A DNA stretch of 64,000 nucleotides from the human T2T-CHM13v2.0 reference genome, Homo sapiens, in assembly GCF_009914755.1 (NCBI RefSeq), contig NC_060930.1; one strand, given 5' to 3'. Position 1 is the first letter of the stretch, and every line of letters starts with the position of its first letter. Positions 48,246 to 61,859 of this stretch are shown piece by piece. The notes under the pieces were generated by a model that was given only the letters and a program-made list of their open reading frames with translations, was not told the origin of the DNA and did not search any database. The position numbers were made by a program, and so were the translations under genes.

Positions 48246-49371
48246 TGGCTGGAGCCAGCAGGTAAGTCCGCGGGGAGACGGCAGGATGGGGAGCCCCATG
48301 CTTTTGTCTCTGTGCCCCTCCTGCAGCCAGGTCTGCACGCACACACAGTGACAGTAATAACCCCATGCGTGAATGTAGCAAGTTTTAAAGACATTAGAGG
48401 GCTTTGGTAGTTAGTTTTCATGTCATTCCTTTGAGGTAATTAAGTCCTATCTTATTCTTAGAAAAATGAAGATATAATTATGTGTCTTGGCATTGGTCCT
48501 TATAAAGGAGCTGAAGTGAGGATATAAATTCCCTGACTCTTGGTTCCACTTCCACCTAATTCTCCTACACAAAGACCCTCGCCATGATAAAACCTGGATT
48601 TGGGAGTCTGTAGGGGTAGGGCTGTGGCTGACTCACATGGATCTCCTCACACCTATTAGGGGGCCTTACAAGCATCAAGTGCCTTTTTAAGATGAAGTCA
48701 TGTTTCCAGTTGACATAATAATTGTGCATATTTATGGGGTACAGTGAAATGTTTCAATATGCATGTATGTTGTGTGATTTAATATTGAAGTGTAATGTTG
48801 CCTGTTGGTTCAGAGCACAGTGGTACCTTAGAGACAGTTCAGTCAAGCACTTTTGTCTTATAGACCAGGGTTTTAGGCTCAGATTAGTGGAACGGTTTGC
48901 ACCAGGTCAAGGTATAGTGCATGTCTGAGCTGATCAAAAGGCCAAGGTTCCGAGTTCCACCATGCACTCCCTTTACTTCCTGTCTTCTCACCAGACAGTG
49001 AGACACCTCTAAAGTGATAAGCAGGTATGCCATGTGTCAAAAGCAGATTTAGAAACCTTCTCATAAAAGATCTTTACTCAGTGCTGCTCTTGGTGAATTC
49101 TCACTTTACAAATTGAATATTTTTCTGTAGGCAGAATCAAAATGCTTTGAAGACATAATGAGATCAAGCCGTTAAGATGGCGCTTTACCGATTAAATCCC
49201 TAAGACAACCATGAAAATACAGGATTGTGTAATATGTTTTCAAGGAGATATTTACAAAAATGTTTTTACTTCCCTACACAAGTTCACAGAAGAAATACAA
49301 TTTTTAAAGAAGGAAAAATGCTTTCATTATTGGGCACTCAATAAAAATTTGGTGAATGAATGAATAGTAGA

Positions 49372-49738
49372 TGTACTGGTCAGTTTGGGCTGCCATAACA
49401 AAACACCACGGACTGGGTGGCCTAAAACCACAGACATTCCCTTCTCAGTGTTTTGGAAACTTGATGTCCAAGATCCATGTGCCAGCAGCTCTGCTGTCTG
49501 CCGGGGCTGGGGGGGGGGGCTCCCTCCTGGCTTGCAGGCAGCCAGTTTCTCACTATGTCCTCATAGGTTGGAGAGCAGAGAGCAGTCTCCTGAGGGCACT
49601 CACCTGCTTTGGTAGGGTGCCCCCCACCCCCCCACCATGAGCCAATCAGCTCTCATAGGCCCCCACCTCCAATTACCATCCCATTGGGGATTTAGCCTTC
49701 AGCATAAGAAATTTTGGAAGGACGTATTTGCCCGTAGC
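49372..49738 (-). mobile_element. MaLR LTR (MLT1/MST-type)
   Basis: gggctgccataacaaaacaccacggactgggtggc...gtccaagatc...ccccacctccaattaccatc. Confidence 0.75.
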
Positions 49739-51659
49739 AGTAGAAATAGAAATCTTGAATGTTTTACTGGGCTTCTGTAAACACAGAAGATGACTGATGA
49801 GTCCCTCAGCAGCTTAAATGAGATAAGATAGAAATGAACAAAGCAAAAGAAAGCAAATGAACAAAGCAAAAGAAATTAGTATTCATATTTTTCCTCACTT
49901 TTATTCTCTCTTGTGCACATAGACTTTCCAGTATTTATCCAGAATTTTCACAGGCCAAGAGAGAAGAGAGGTTTGTGGCTGCGTTTGAACCTAGGAAAGG
50001 ACTTTGAGAACTCAGGATGCCTGGAACCAGCTGTGCAGTGCGTCTGCCTCCTGGACTTGGCAGCAGGGCCCCACTTTCACTGACTTTGCCCATACTCCTC
50101 ATAATTGTAGTAGGTGTCTCCTGCTACAGATCTTGATACGTGTTTGAGAAAATGTGATCTCTATGAGGAAGCAAGAAAAGGTAAGAAGGACTATAGCAGA
50201 AAGCAGAGAATTCCGAGTCCAGTTTGGAGAGAGTGAGGAAGTCAACTGGAAAGGTCTCTCATGATAAAGGTTCCAGGTGTTGCCAGCAGTGCTGGGGCAG
50301 GCCCCGGGGCTGAACCCGCCACTGGATGTAGCCTGTGGCACTCCTCGGGTGACCTTTGCCTCAGCAAACTTAGGGTAGTTTTTTTTTTTTTTTTTTTCCT
50401 GCTCCCATACCTGACTCCTAGATAGGAGGTTTCTCTTGTCCTGGAGAATCTTAAGAGAAGTATGTCTATGTTCTTGGAATCAGGAGAGCTCAGTTACTTG
50501 GGGGTGGAAACTGAGTCTTTTATAATTTCCATGGAACCTTTGCACCTTGTAGGTACTCAATAATTAATTGTCAGTTTGCTGAATATGTCCATAAATCTTA
50601 TACTTAAGAGTTTATGCTATAATGCTGGTAGATGGATTTTATCTTCGTGAATAAGAATCTTTCACATGTAACTTATTTTTCTACAGCAGAAGCAAATTTC
50701 AGGATGTAATTTCAATTTTACAAAAAATGTACCTTTTTTGAATATAGCAATCTAATTTCTCTTTTAAACCCATTCTGTGAGTCGGCAGAAATTTATCGCA
50801 GAGACATTGCAGAGGTGAGACGGAGACTCTCAGTTGCCCTTGAGCTTTCCTGGCCCTGCTCTCTGCACCTCACAGACTTCCCCAGCGGGGCGGCCCCCAG
50901 GCCTTGTGTCCTCCTGCTCCCACATGTGCTAAGTGGCACCTTAGGGGGCCCTTGCTGCCCAGACAGTCCATGCAGACCTTTCTTTTCTGAGACGCAGCTA
51001 CGTCCCCGAGCTCTTTGTGGAAGACAGGGAAAGTGATGGTCTGCTCTAAGATGCCCCAGCCACCTGAGGGTCCATCACCCTTCCTCTGGGGGGTGAGGCA
51101 GAGGACCCTGTTTCTGTAGGGCTCCCAGTTTCTCTGTGCCCCTGGCTTCCTCTCGCCTTTCCTGGTTCCAGGAGCTGCTGTCCAGTCGTGCTCTGGAAGA
51201 TCTGAGTTCTTTGAAGTTCTTCTGGGGGTTAAACCTAAACTCAGAAGCCAGAACTCGGTAATATTACCCTCTGATCCTGTACCTGTCATTGTGGGATGTC
51301 CTAAATGACTAAAGAGGGCGGGGCAAGGCAGTAAAGGGGAAGAACAGCAGAACTGCAGTCAGCAGTTCAGATATTACCTCACCGCATTTCTTATAAAGAT
51401 TCGCCTTCTAACACCTTTAAGGACTTGTTTTCCTTAACATTCTTTTAAACTTGGTTTCTTCCTGTAGCTTTACATGTATAAATACAATTATTCCTATTCT
51501 TCATTATGCTGAGGTCTCAGGATGGTTGTGCGTCTCTAACAGACGGGAGATACTGCAGTAGAATTTGCAGCACTTGGCCCTGTGTGCAGGCGGGAGTCAA
51601 CACTGAGCCACCACCCCACCAAGCAAGAAATGGTGTATATATATCTCAATACGGATGGA

Positions 51660-52150
51660 TGGATAGACAGACATTATTTAGACAAAGTCACATGAACTAT
51701 ACAGTTCACCCATTTAAGGTGTACAATTTAATGGCTCTGAACACAGAGTTGTTGTTCAGCCACAATCAATTTTAGAACCTTTTTGTCACCTCAAAAAGAA
51801 ACCTCTACCTCTTATGCAGTCTCCCTCCCCCCAGCCCCAGCCCCACACTCCTCAGCCCCTGTCTACCACTCATCCATTTTCTGCCTCTGTAGATTTCTTT
51901 GTTCTGAACATTTCATAAACATGACATCGCACAGTTTGTGGCCTTTCGTGTCTGGCATCATTCACTGAGCACTGTGTTTCCCAGGTTCTCAGTGGCTGAG
52001 GGTTGTGTGGATGGACGATGTTTTGTTTGTCTGTCATCAGCTGAGAGACACTTGGTAGTTTCACTTTTTGGCCCTGTGAATAATGCTGCTATGAACCTTT
52101 CTTTACAAGTGTTTGTGTGGACCTGCTTAGCAATTTCCTTAAATATGTGG
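51660..52150 (-). mobile_element. L1M 3' fragment
   Basis: ttcacccatttaaggtgtacaatt...gtgaataatgctgctatgaac. Confidence 0.7.
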
Positions 52151-54630
52151 AATGACATCCCCCTCGGATGTTAGTAACTAAAGCTTTTCTGTTTTTTTGA
52201 TATGTACCTTTTGCCATGATAAGAAGCTGTCATTGAATTCAGGAGTTTCAAGAATTGTGTGTAAAAAACATTTGGAATAAAAACCTCCACCTTAAGATGC
52301 AAAAGGGTAAAAAAGAAATTCTCCAGAAAGATTAATTGAAGAAAAAAGCAAAAAACATCTCACAGTCAGCACTTGTCAAATGAGGCCTGGTGGTCAGAGC
52401 CCCCTCTGTGCTCCTAGCACGTGAGTCTTCAGGAGTCAGGCCTTGAAGAGTGTCTGCCATTCGTTCCGAGACAGGAAGTAAGAGATGATTGGCCAGGAGG
52501 CTGCAGCTGCAAGTCCCAAGAGCAGCGCCTGGCGCCAGCTGCCACCCTCAGGCTTGGAGCAGAGAAGAGATGGAAACCAAATAACCGAGGGCCTGGCTCA
52601 GGACCTTCACGCAGTTTTCAAGAAATTCATCTTTTCTTGCCGTTTTCCCTGTGTTAAGTGAGTCAGGAAATTGAAAAACAGAAAAAATAAGCGTGAAAGT
52701 AGGTAGTTGACTCTCATATTTATTCAGTTATTTTTAAAGAGTTTATCCTACTGATATGAGTAAAATAAAATTTTCGTTAGGAATAATAAGAGCTTATTTT
52801 CTATCTAGACATACAGTGTCTTGTTTTGCCATTTGATAAGAACATGGTTCATGCGGTCTGAGTAATTTGTTTACTCTCAGTTTTAATTAAAATTTTTTTT
52901 AAGAATGATTTTTTATACTTGATTTAGTCCTAAAAGCTAAGAAAGCCTCAATTCAGGTACTGCTTACATACACTATTTTAATTATATTAATGTTAAAAGA
53001 GTGATTAAATCTATTAGGAATCACTGAGATTAGTATTTCAGAGACATCTAATGAAAGCGGTTTGACTAACGTAAATTATTCCAAGATGATGGTAGTATCT
53101 ACAGGGGCGGGGGGGTGGGATTTAAATTCAGCCTTGCCTGGCTGTGCTCCTGTCTCATCCGGCTCTGTGATTCTTTGAATGTGAGCGCGTTCTTAGAAGA
53201 TAGTCTAATTTTATGAACTGACAGTTGTAACTCAGAGCCATGCTGTTTCCTTAGGTAAATACTGTGTGGGCTTTTAGACAGCTGTCAGATACAGCATGGG
53301 AATCTCAGATGAGTGCAGGTGTTAACTGCAGTGCTGCTGGGTTGGTGGGTTCTGCCCTCATGGAGCATCTTTACCAACATGGGAGGTTTTGGCTCCTCCT
53401 GCCCCTGCTAAAGGAGGCTGAGGAGTAGCTGGACATGAGTAGAAGCTGCACTGGCGCTCGCTTACGTTCTGTAAGACTGTGCCCAACTACAATCGGAAGA
53501 CTTCTAGTGAAGAGAAAGAATTTTAGTTATAAAATCAAACTAGGCCTTTTGGACCAAAGAAAATCAGTTTATTTTTGCTGTTTTGTTTACTAATAAATAA
53601 CAATGTATTCATAATGTTTTCCCTCTGTTTAGATTTCCGCCAACTTGTAGGACAAGCACCCTGATGAAGCAATATCTGAAACTTAAAATAGCAGTTTTGT
53701 TCATACAAGTATCATTTTACATAACTGCCAATAAACCCTAGTAAATGAACCTTCCTTAGCATATAAACACAAAAACAGTTGAGCTGTTTACTGTTCAATA
53801 TTTACTGTCAGGTTTTAGGAACTTTAAGAACTGGTTTTTCCAGTTTCCTGGTTCCCATCAGATGCCCTGGGACCCTGGACTCTATGGCCTCAGCAGGAAG
53901 AGCTCAGCTTTCCTTGTCTTTTATTCCAGAGCACCTTAAACCCTATTTCCAAAATACAGGCTACTTTTATTTACGAATTTTATTCATTGGGTTGGACAAG
54001 CCAAAGGCCATACCTTTCAATCATATTGAAGTGGTGATGTGAGCCTTAGACCTGGGGCCAACCCTCTGTCACGCTGACTTGGGCTCCCAGAATGTTCCCT
54101 AAATTCCAGAGTTCCTTAGGGAAGGAGAGTCACCAGGTGACTTTCTCTGTTGCTGAAAAGATAACCTCAGATCCTCAGATTTTACTCCTGCAGGCTGTGA
54201 AAATGTTCTGTCTCCCAATGTAACTCCAGTTAGCTTAAATTAGTTGTTTTTTCTGTTTGATTAGTAATTTGAAAATTGGTCTTTGTTACCAAGCTTTTCA
54301 CAAGTCCCAAGGTTACCGCACAGTGTTTTTGGTATGGACCTCCTAACAGAAATTTGCCGAGAAGAGGTGTAATTTACTTTATAAAGCTTACGTTATAATT
54401 AGAAAAGTAAAAGCACAAGGCAAACAGGCCTGAGAAGCACTTTTACAGTATATTATCTGGGAAATAAGAATTTTGCAATGAACACACTTTTAAAATAGTA
54501 TCTTCTGTCTCCCAGACCTCCAGAAGCACAGGAAAAGAGCATAGGTGTTCTTGTTGATGCCGGATATAAATGCCCAGGTACCAAATCACAGAATATGCAA
54601 ACCCAGCATCCCAGAGCCCCCAGCACCAAC

Positions 54631-54727
54631 ATGGTGCTGCTGGCATGCCAGATCATTCCTCAGTTCTACCTGGATTGTTTACACGGTGCTGCTGGCATGC
54701 CAGATCATTCCTCAGTTCTACCTGGAT
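54631..54727 (+). repeat. Tandem duplication, 2 x 52 bp period
   Basis: ggtgctgctggcatgccagatcattcctcagttctacctggatt at 54633 and 54685. Confidence 0.9.
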
Positions 54728-56229
54728 TTTTTACCCTCACTTCTGCTTAGAGTAGCAGCAAAAGAAAGCCTTGTTGAGGAAACTGAATGTCTATAAAAAG
54801 CATCTTGGGTTAAACTTCCCCTCTGGTCCTGACACCACTCCCCGCAGTAAGTTCTCTGACTTGGCAAGAGCACGTCTCAGGTTGTGTCCTACTGGCTCCT
54901 CGCCCCTCAAATCCTCCATTGGTTGTTTTGCCCATTTTGGATTTGATCATATGTGTAATTCTTTGAGGTAGAGAAATAAAAGAGGTAAATTATACGTAAA
55001 TTGTGAAATGGGAGCATGGCAAGTTTGGTTGACTTTTAGCTTGAATGAACCTGACAGAAGTCGGTGTATTTAGGAAGAACAGGGTGAACTGGTGTGGACC
55101 CAGCAAGTTCCATTTCAGCCATTTACTCTGCCCGAGACGAGATCTCATTGCTTCTTGATGCTCTTGCACCAGGAGTTTGCAAGTTCCTGCTTGGAACAGA
55201 ATTGTTTAATGTTTATTATTGACTCGTTGAGGCTTTCTTTCACTGAAAAACTTACCCACACGTAACACTCGTTCAGAGCACACCCTGACTTCTAAGAATG
55301 AACACGTCTTGTCATTTAGGCCAGGTTATTTTCAAGAGCAAACTTTTCAGTTTTCAGTATGGGAAATAATCACCTTTCTTCTTCCCTTCACTCAGTGTTA
55401 GTGCCATGAATAGGGCATTGTTGGTCGGGTGTCTGACCCAGGATGGCATCTGTTAGATGAACGGGTGATGTCACTTTACATTCCTAAGGAGTATTCACCT
55501 GTCCTTGTTGCAGCATGTCATAGCAGCTTTACCCGTGAAGGGCCGTCAGAGCACATCAGTAGATGATAGTTTGGTGCCATCTGTCTTTATTTCCATTATA
55601 CTTTAATTTCTTGAGGATAGGACTTCCACATTTGCACTTGGTTCAGTAGTTGTCAGCTGTTGGTGACTGAGCTGAACCAAATCCAGTTCTTCATTGCACA
55701 GATGAGATCACCACAACCCACAGAAGTGGCATCACCTGCTTTCAGCCCCTTGGCCAGGTGGTGAGAGAGCTGGGGCTTCCAGTTCAGGGCTCCCTCTGCT
55801 GTAACTCAGGGATGGTCCCTAAGCTGGTGGTTAAAGTGTTCATATGAAGTAGGTCCAATCTGTGGTTGTTGCTGTAATCAGTGTGTCAGCACAGAGTTCC
55901 GCAATTTCAGTATCTTTCTAAATAACCGACTGTGGAATGTTTGTAATCACACAGCACATAGGCAACAGGGCCTCACAAAGCAAAGGCCTTGTGAAGTCCA
56001 TTCCTTCAGGGTGGAAACTGACTGTTGGCAAAACACAGTTCTCAGGTTATCTGTTGTTCTTAACAACAAGCGTCTCAGGTCAGGGTAGGCTTATTGTGGT
56101 TTGCTTTTGCCTACAAAGGACGTATGTTGAGTAAGAATCTTGGCCTATTACACAGTAAGTTAATAATTGTGTCCTTGCAAATAAGCATTGTGTTCTAAAA
56201 TGGAATCAGCATATTTCCCTATAAAGACA

Positions 56230-57520
56230 CTTCCACTCATTCATTAATTGAGCAGCCCCAGTTGATAAAGAATCAGTATATCATGTTCTGATATTTAATC
56301 AGCAAACTCATTTATTCAGTAGAAATTTGAATTCCTGTGATGTGCCAGACTTGTGAGGAGGGGTACAGAGAAGATATGGCAAGGAGGTCCTTCAGAGAGC
56401 TCAGAGTCCTAAGAAAGTAAGTACAGCGGGCGAGAACTGCATAGGAGACGCACAGGGCACGGCGGGATGCAGGGACGAGGGATGGTCCCCGTCTGGGCAT
56501 AGAAGATGTCTCAGAGACTCCAAGGAGGAAGTGACTTCTGGACTAGATCGATAAAGGGTGGGTAGGATTTAATGAGTCAGAGGTAAGAACAAGGGAAGGA
56601 GCGGGACTGTTTGTGAAGAGAGAGCATAGAAATTCCCTGGGGTGTTTGGGAGCCACAGATGGGTGGCCCTAAAAAGGCCAGAGAATTCAGTGAGGAGCCT
56701 TGCCCAGATACACGGGGAGCTGTAATGAATTACCTGGGACAGCAGAACTGGAGGTGGAGATGAAGAGAGAGATGGCAGGTCATGTTCAGGAAGTGAAATT
56801 GCTAGGCCCTCATCATTATTACAGCATGAGATACAAGGAGGAGGCCCTAGTGTGGTTACTATTTCTCTAGTTCGGGTCTCTAAGGTAGGTTAACAGACAA
56901 GGGGAGGAGGTGATGAAGTCAGCTTTGTGAGGACTGTGTATGAGATCTGTTTCCAGACAGATCTGGAAGTGTGAAGCTTGTAAGAGAGTTTGGCATTGAA
57001 GATTTGGGAAGCATAAGACATATGTCTTTGTAAATAGATAAGAATGAGGTTCAGTTGAGAGATACACATATAGTGTGATAAGGACAGTAAGCCAAGGGGA
57101 ATAACACCTTCATTGAAGGACCAGCAGAAAGACAGTGGACACAGAGATCATAGTGTCGAGGAACACGGGGGTGGGGGGGAGGCGGGCAGCGGGGCGTTAG
57201 AGGAATGGTAGAGCAGAGAGCGCTGGCATGCGGGGATGACCACGTGCAGCAGAGCGGTATGCAAGAAAAGACCGGTAAGTACCCACTGGGCCTGAACCTT
57301 GGTCACTGCTCACCTTGTTGAGAACAATTCCAGGAGATTGGAGGAGCGGAGGCTGATTGGAGTGGTTTGGTTACGGATGAGTGGTGAGGCAGGAGAGACA
57401 GTGAGATCATCTTTTGAGGCGTTCGAATGTGAACCGAAAATCTGGACTAGCCAGATGGGAACATGGAGAGGAAGGAGGAGCGCCTGCTTGGTAAGAAATA
57501 GAAGTCTGAGTGCTTGGCAC
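56230..57520. mobile_element. L2 relic
   Basis: cattcatt-type L2 tail repeats near 56235-56320 followed by a purine-rich L2-like body. Confidence 0.55.
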
Positions 57521-57595
57521 AGGGGTTTCGGTAACCCCCTAGAGAAGAGGAGGAAGTGCCTGTTTCCGTGTAGAGCAAGCGGGGAATGCCACTTT

Positions 57596-58617
57596 GTGCT
57601 TTGCACACGCGTCCCTAAACCCAGACGCCTGGGAGAGCACGAGCTCAGGGCTGCTCTGTGCTGTGCACACGCGTCCCTAAACCCAGACGCCTGGGAGAAC
57701 ACAGGCTCACGCTGCTCGGTGCTGTGCACACGCGTCCCTAAACCCAGACGCCTGGGAGAACACAGGCTCACGCTGCTCGGTGCTGTGCACACGCGTCCCT
57801 AATCCCAGATGCCTGGGAGAACACAGGCTCACGCTGCTCGGTGCTGTGCACACGCGTCCCTAAACCCAGATGCCTGGGAGAACACGAGCTCACGCTGCTC
57901 GGTGCTGTGCACACGCGTCCCTAATCCCAGATGCCTGGGAGAACGCAGGCTCACGCTGCTCGGTGCTGTGCACACGCGTCCCTAATCCCAGATGCCCGGG
58001 AGAACACAGGCTCACGCTGCTCGGTGCTGTGCACACGCGTCCCTAAACCCAGACGCCTGGGAGAACACAGGCTCACGCTGCTCGGTGCTGTGCACACGCG
58101 TCCCTAAACCCAGACGCCTGGGAGAACACAGGCTCACGCTGCTCGGTGCTGTGCACACGCGTCCCTAATCCCAGATGCCTGGGAGAGCACAGGCTCACGC
58201 TGCTCGGTGCTGTGCACACGCGTCCCTAAACCCAGACGCCTGGGAGAACACAGGCTCACGCTGCTCGGTGCTGTGCACACGCGTCCCTAATCCCAGATGC
58301 CTGGGAGAGCACAGGCTCACGCTGCTCGGTGCTGTGCACACGCGTCCCTAAACCCAGACGCCTGGGAGAACACAGGCTCACGCTGCTCGGTGCTGTGCAC
58401 ACGCGTCCCTAATCCCAGACGCCTGGGAGAACACAGGCTCACGCTGCTCTGTGCTGTGCACACGCGTCCCTAATCCCAGATGCCTGGGAGAACACAGGCT
58501 CACGCTGCTCGGTGCTGTGCACACGCGTCCCTAATCCCAGATGCCTGGGAGAGCACCGGCTCACGCTGCTCGGTGCTGTGCACACGCGTCCCTAAACCCA
58601 GACGCCTGGGAGAGCAC
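57596..58617 (+). repeat. Minisatellite/VNTR, about 17 x 61 bp, CpG-rich
   Basis: Unit gctgtgcacacgcgtccctaaWcccagaYgcctgggagaacacaggctcacgctgctcggt; shifts by 1 nt per 60-nt line. Confidence 0.97.
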
Positions 58618-59429
58618 CATTCATTCTGGATGGCAGAGAAACCCTTAGAACAGAGCAGTTAACTGAAGAAGTTGAAACCAAAAGGGAAATGTTTATGTTT
58701 TGAGTCAGTCAGCCCTTTCAAGCTATGACCTTTTTACCAGCTTAATGTTTGTTTCTTGGTTTAGAGTTTATATTTAATACCTGATAGAGTTGCCATAAAA
58801 TGCTCATTTCTGTCTGTGGAATTTTCCTTGGTTCACACACTGCAGACTTCCATCAGAGATCACAGCCCAGGTGTTGAAAGAACGCTCTTGCCATTTATTT
58901 ATTTATTTATTAATCTTTAGCATACCCAGAATAGCTGTAGCACATCTGATCTAAGTTTTCTTTCTATAAGGATTCTTTAACCCCGAGCAGTTTCTAAGAG
59001 GAGCTTGAGACTTGAGAGCCCAAGGCTTTTGATTTGGGCTTGACCTGTGGACACCTGGCACACACCCTGCCACCCGCTAGAAGGATGTGTAACTCAGAGT
59101 CCTCTTCACCATCACCCCTCCCTGAGGACTTGTTTCCGTTCATGTCCCACAGTAAAGTTTCTTGTCAGTTCATTCCGTTTGTTGAAAACAGTAAAAAAAT
59201 ACGTTGAGCGCCTATTCTATGCCAGACTCTGTGAAGAGAATGGGTATCAGTGAGAGACGCCAACCCTTGTCGGATCTGCAGCCTAGAGGGGGAAGAGACA
59301 GGAGGCAGGAAGCAGAACCACATTCTAGCAGGGGAAATGGACAGGAAGCAGGAAGCAGAACCAGGAAGCGGTGGCGTAGACGGGCCTGCAAAGGGGCAGC
59401 CAGTGCCCTAGAAAGCAGAGAAGCAGGGC

Positions 59430-59511
59430 TGAGCCCTGAGCTCCTGGTTGTGGGCGGGGTGGGCTGCACCTGAGCCCCGAGCTTCCGGTTGTGGGCAGGG
59501 TGGGCTGCACC
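59430..59511 (+). repeat. Tandem duplication, 2 x 41 bp
   Basis: tgagcccYgagctYcYggttgtgggcRgggtgggctgcacc twice. Confidence 0.88.
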
Positions 59512-59834
59512 TTTATTTGGCCACATTAAAAAGGGGCTATTTGAGCTAAGACTTGAAAAAATAAGAGAATTAACTATTCAGCTTTCTGTGAGAAGAGCGT
59601 GCTAAGTAGATGGCCAGTGCCAAGGGTGGGGGTGTGCCTGTGTCAGGCAAATCAGGAGGAGCAAGGGACGGGGCCGGAGCCATGGGCCCAGGCAGCCTTG
59701 GTGAGGGGTTTCTCTGGCGTTTATGCTGAGGGAAATGGGAACCTTGCTCAAGACATGGAACGAAGGAATGACATGACCCAACTCACCTTTTGGAAGGATC
59801 AGCCTGCTGGCTCTGTTAAAACTAGGCTATAGTG

Positions 59835-60490
59835 CAGGGGTCCTTTAGTGGGGATCTGTGGTCTGAGACAGGAAAAAATATACCTGTGTTTTCACTAACT
59901 TCTAACTGAAGTTTATCATTTCCTTTATGATATAGTCAATAAAACAGTAATAATACAGCACCTGTGATTTTGTTACCAATAGAAATCAGATATTTTCATT
60001 ACAGTTGGAGAAGTCCTCATATATTGTTTACTCTTATCATTTTCTCAAAACTGTGATTATTAGACCCATTGCTAGGTCTTAGGTACAGTTTTTACAGGTT
60101 GAGTATGTCTTAGCCAAAGTGCTTGGGACCAGAAGTGTTTCAGATTTCTGAATATTTCATTATACTTACCAGTTGAGCATCTCTAATCCAAAAACCTGAA
60201 ATCCGAAAAGCTCCAGTGAGTATTTTGTTTCAGCGTCATGTCAGTGTTCAAAAAGTTTTGGATTTGGGAGTATTTCAGATTCTGTATTTTTAGAATGGGG
60301 TGTTCAACCTATATAAAAAGGGGGTTAAATTACTGTATCTTACATTTGATTTTTATATTATTTTGAAAACTGTCTCATAATTAATTTCTTTATAAATCCG
60401 TGTATTTTATTATACACATTAACTGTTGTTCTAAGAAAGTGTTCGTAGGCTTCCTCAGGCTGCCATAAAGATTGATAATACAAAAGAGAT
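59835..60490. mobile_element. hAT-Charlie type element (MER113-like) interrupted by Tigger4a
   Basis: ttttcactaacttctaactgaa...ttgttaccaatagaaatca resembles the recalled consensus; family assignment tentative. Confidence 0.5.
60095..60311. mobile_element. Tigger4a (MER46/Zombi)
   Basis: TA-caggttgagtat...tgcttgggaccagaagtgttt...tcaacct termini. Confidence 0.8.
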
Positions 60491-60499
60491 TTTGTTTGT

Positions 60500-61600
60500 T
60501 TGTTTTTCCAAATTAACCTATCCATCACCTTTTGTGTATGTGTGTGTGGTAAAAGCACCTAAAGTCTACCCTCTAGGCAGATTTTCGGTATACAGTAGAG
60601 TGTTATTAACTCTAGTCCTCGTGCCATGCATTAGATCTCTCCAGACCCATTCATCCCACATAACTGCAACTCTGTCCTTGGACTCACTTCTTCCCATTTC
60701 CTCCCTCACCCAGTAACTCCCGTTCTGCCGTCTGTTTATATGTATTTGGCGTTTTCAAGATTCCACATGCAGGTGAGATTGTGCAGTATTTGTCTGACTT
60801 TGCCTGACTTATTTCACTTAACATAGTGTTCTGCACTTCCATCCGTGTTGTTACAACATGACAGGATTTTTTTTCTTTTTTTTTTAGTAGCTGAACAGTA
60901 TTCCATTTCGAATATGTACTGTTTTCTTTATCCATTCATCAGTTGATAGATGCTTAGGTTGGTTCTGTGCTTTGGCTGTTGTATAGAGTGCTGCAGGAAA
61001 CATGGGTGCAGGTATCTCATCAACATACTGATTTCAGTTGCTTTGGGTCTATAACTACAAGTGAGATTGCTGGGTCATATGGTAGCTCTATTTTTAGGCT
61101 TTTGAGGAACCTCCATACTGTTTTCTATAATGGCTGTGCCAATTTACATGCCCACCAACAGTGTACAAGGGTTCCCCTTTCTCCACATCCTCACCAGCAC
61201 TTATCTCTTGTCTTTTTAGACGATAGTCATCCTAGGACATGGTGAGGTGATTTCACACCGTGGGTTTGATTTGCTTCTCCCTGGTGATTAGTGTCGGACA
61301 CCTTGCGTATGCCTGCTGACCATTTGTGTACTGTCTTTAGAGAAATGTCTATTCGTGTCCTTTGCCCATGTTTTAATTGGGTTATTTGTTTTTTGCTGTC
61401 GAGTTGTGTGAGTTCCTTACATATTTTGGATGTTAGCCCCTTATTAGATGCATGGTTTGCAAATATTTTCTCCCAGTCCATAGACTGCCTTTTCATTTAC
61501 TTCATTGGTCACTTTGCTGTTCAGCTAAGCTTTGCTATGTGAGGTAGTCCCACTTGTTTATTTTTGCTTTTCTTGCCTGAGCCTTGGGGGGTCACACTCC
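60500..61600 (-). mobile_element. L1MA 3' portion
   Basis: ORF2 C-terminal remnant MKRQSMDWEKIFANHASNKGL (61227..61496) plus L1MA 3'UTR. Confidence 0.85.
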
Positions 61601-61859
61601 AAAATTGAGCTATAGAGAGAAACAATTTTGGAGCTGCCTCCAGGAATAGAAGACTGAGATAATTTGGACTCACTTTCTGGTTGAAGACAAATAGAAAAGC
61701 TAGCAAAACATTTTTTAAATAAAGCTATTTGAAGGTATCAGTGAACTGAAAAGGTAATAAAGAAGTCCCATGTCAATATCCTGTAGAAGACAGAGATCAA
61801 GGGAGGTCAGCTTGGCATTAGGAACCACTTATGCTCTGATGTGTTTGCCTGTCAAGAAG

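Noticed and set aside
48890-48965. Possible tRNA-derived or ancient SINE head (ggccaaggttccgagttcc)
   Set aside because: Only a vague B-box resemblance; no cloverleaf can be built.
57596-58617. Repeat-encoded protein (ORFs 57299..57802, 57310..57792, 58480..58662) or CRISPR array
   Set aside because: The 61-bp period shifts frame every unit and contains TAA; there are no spacers and no splice context.
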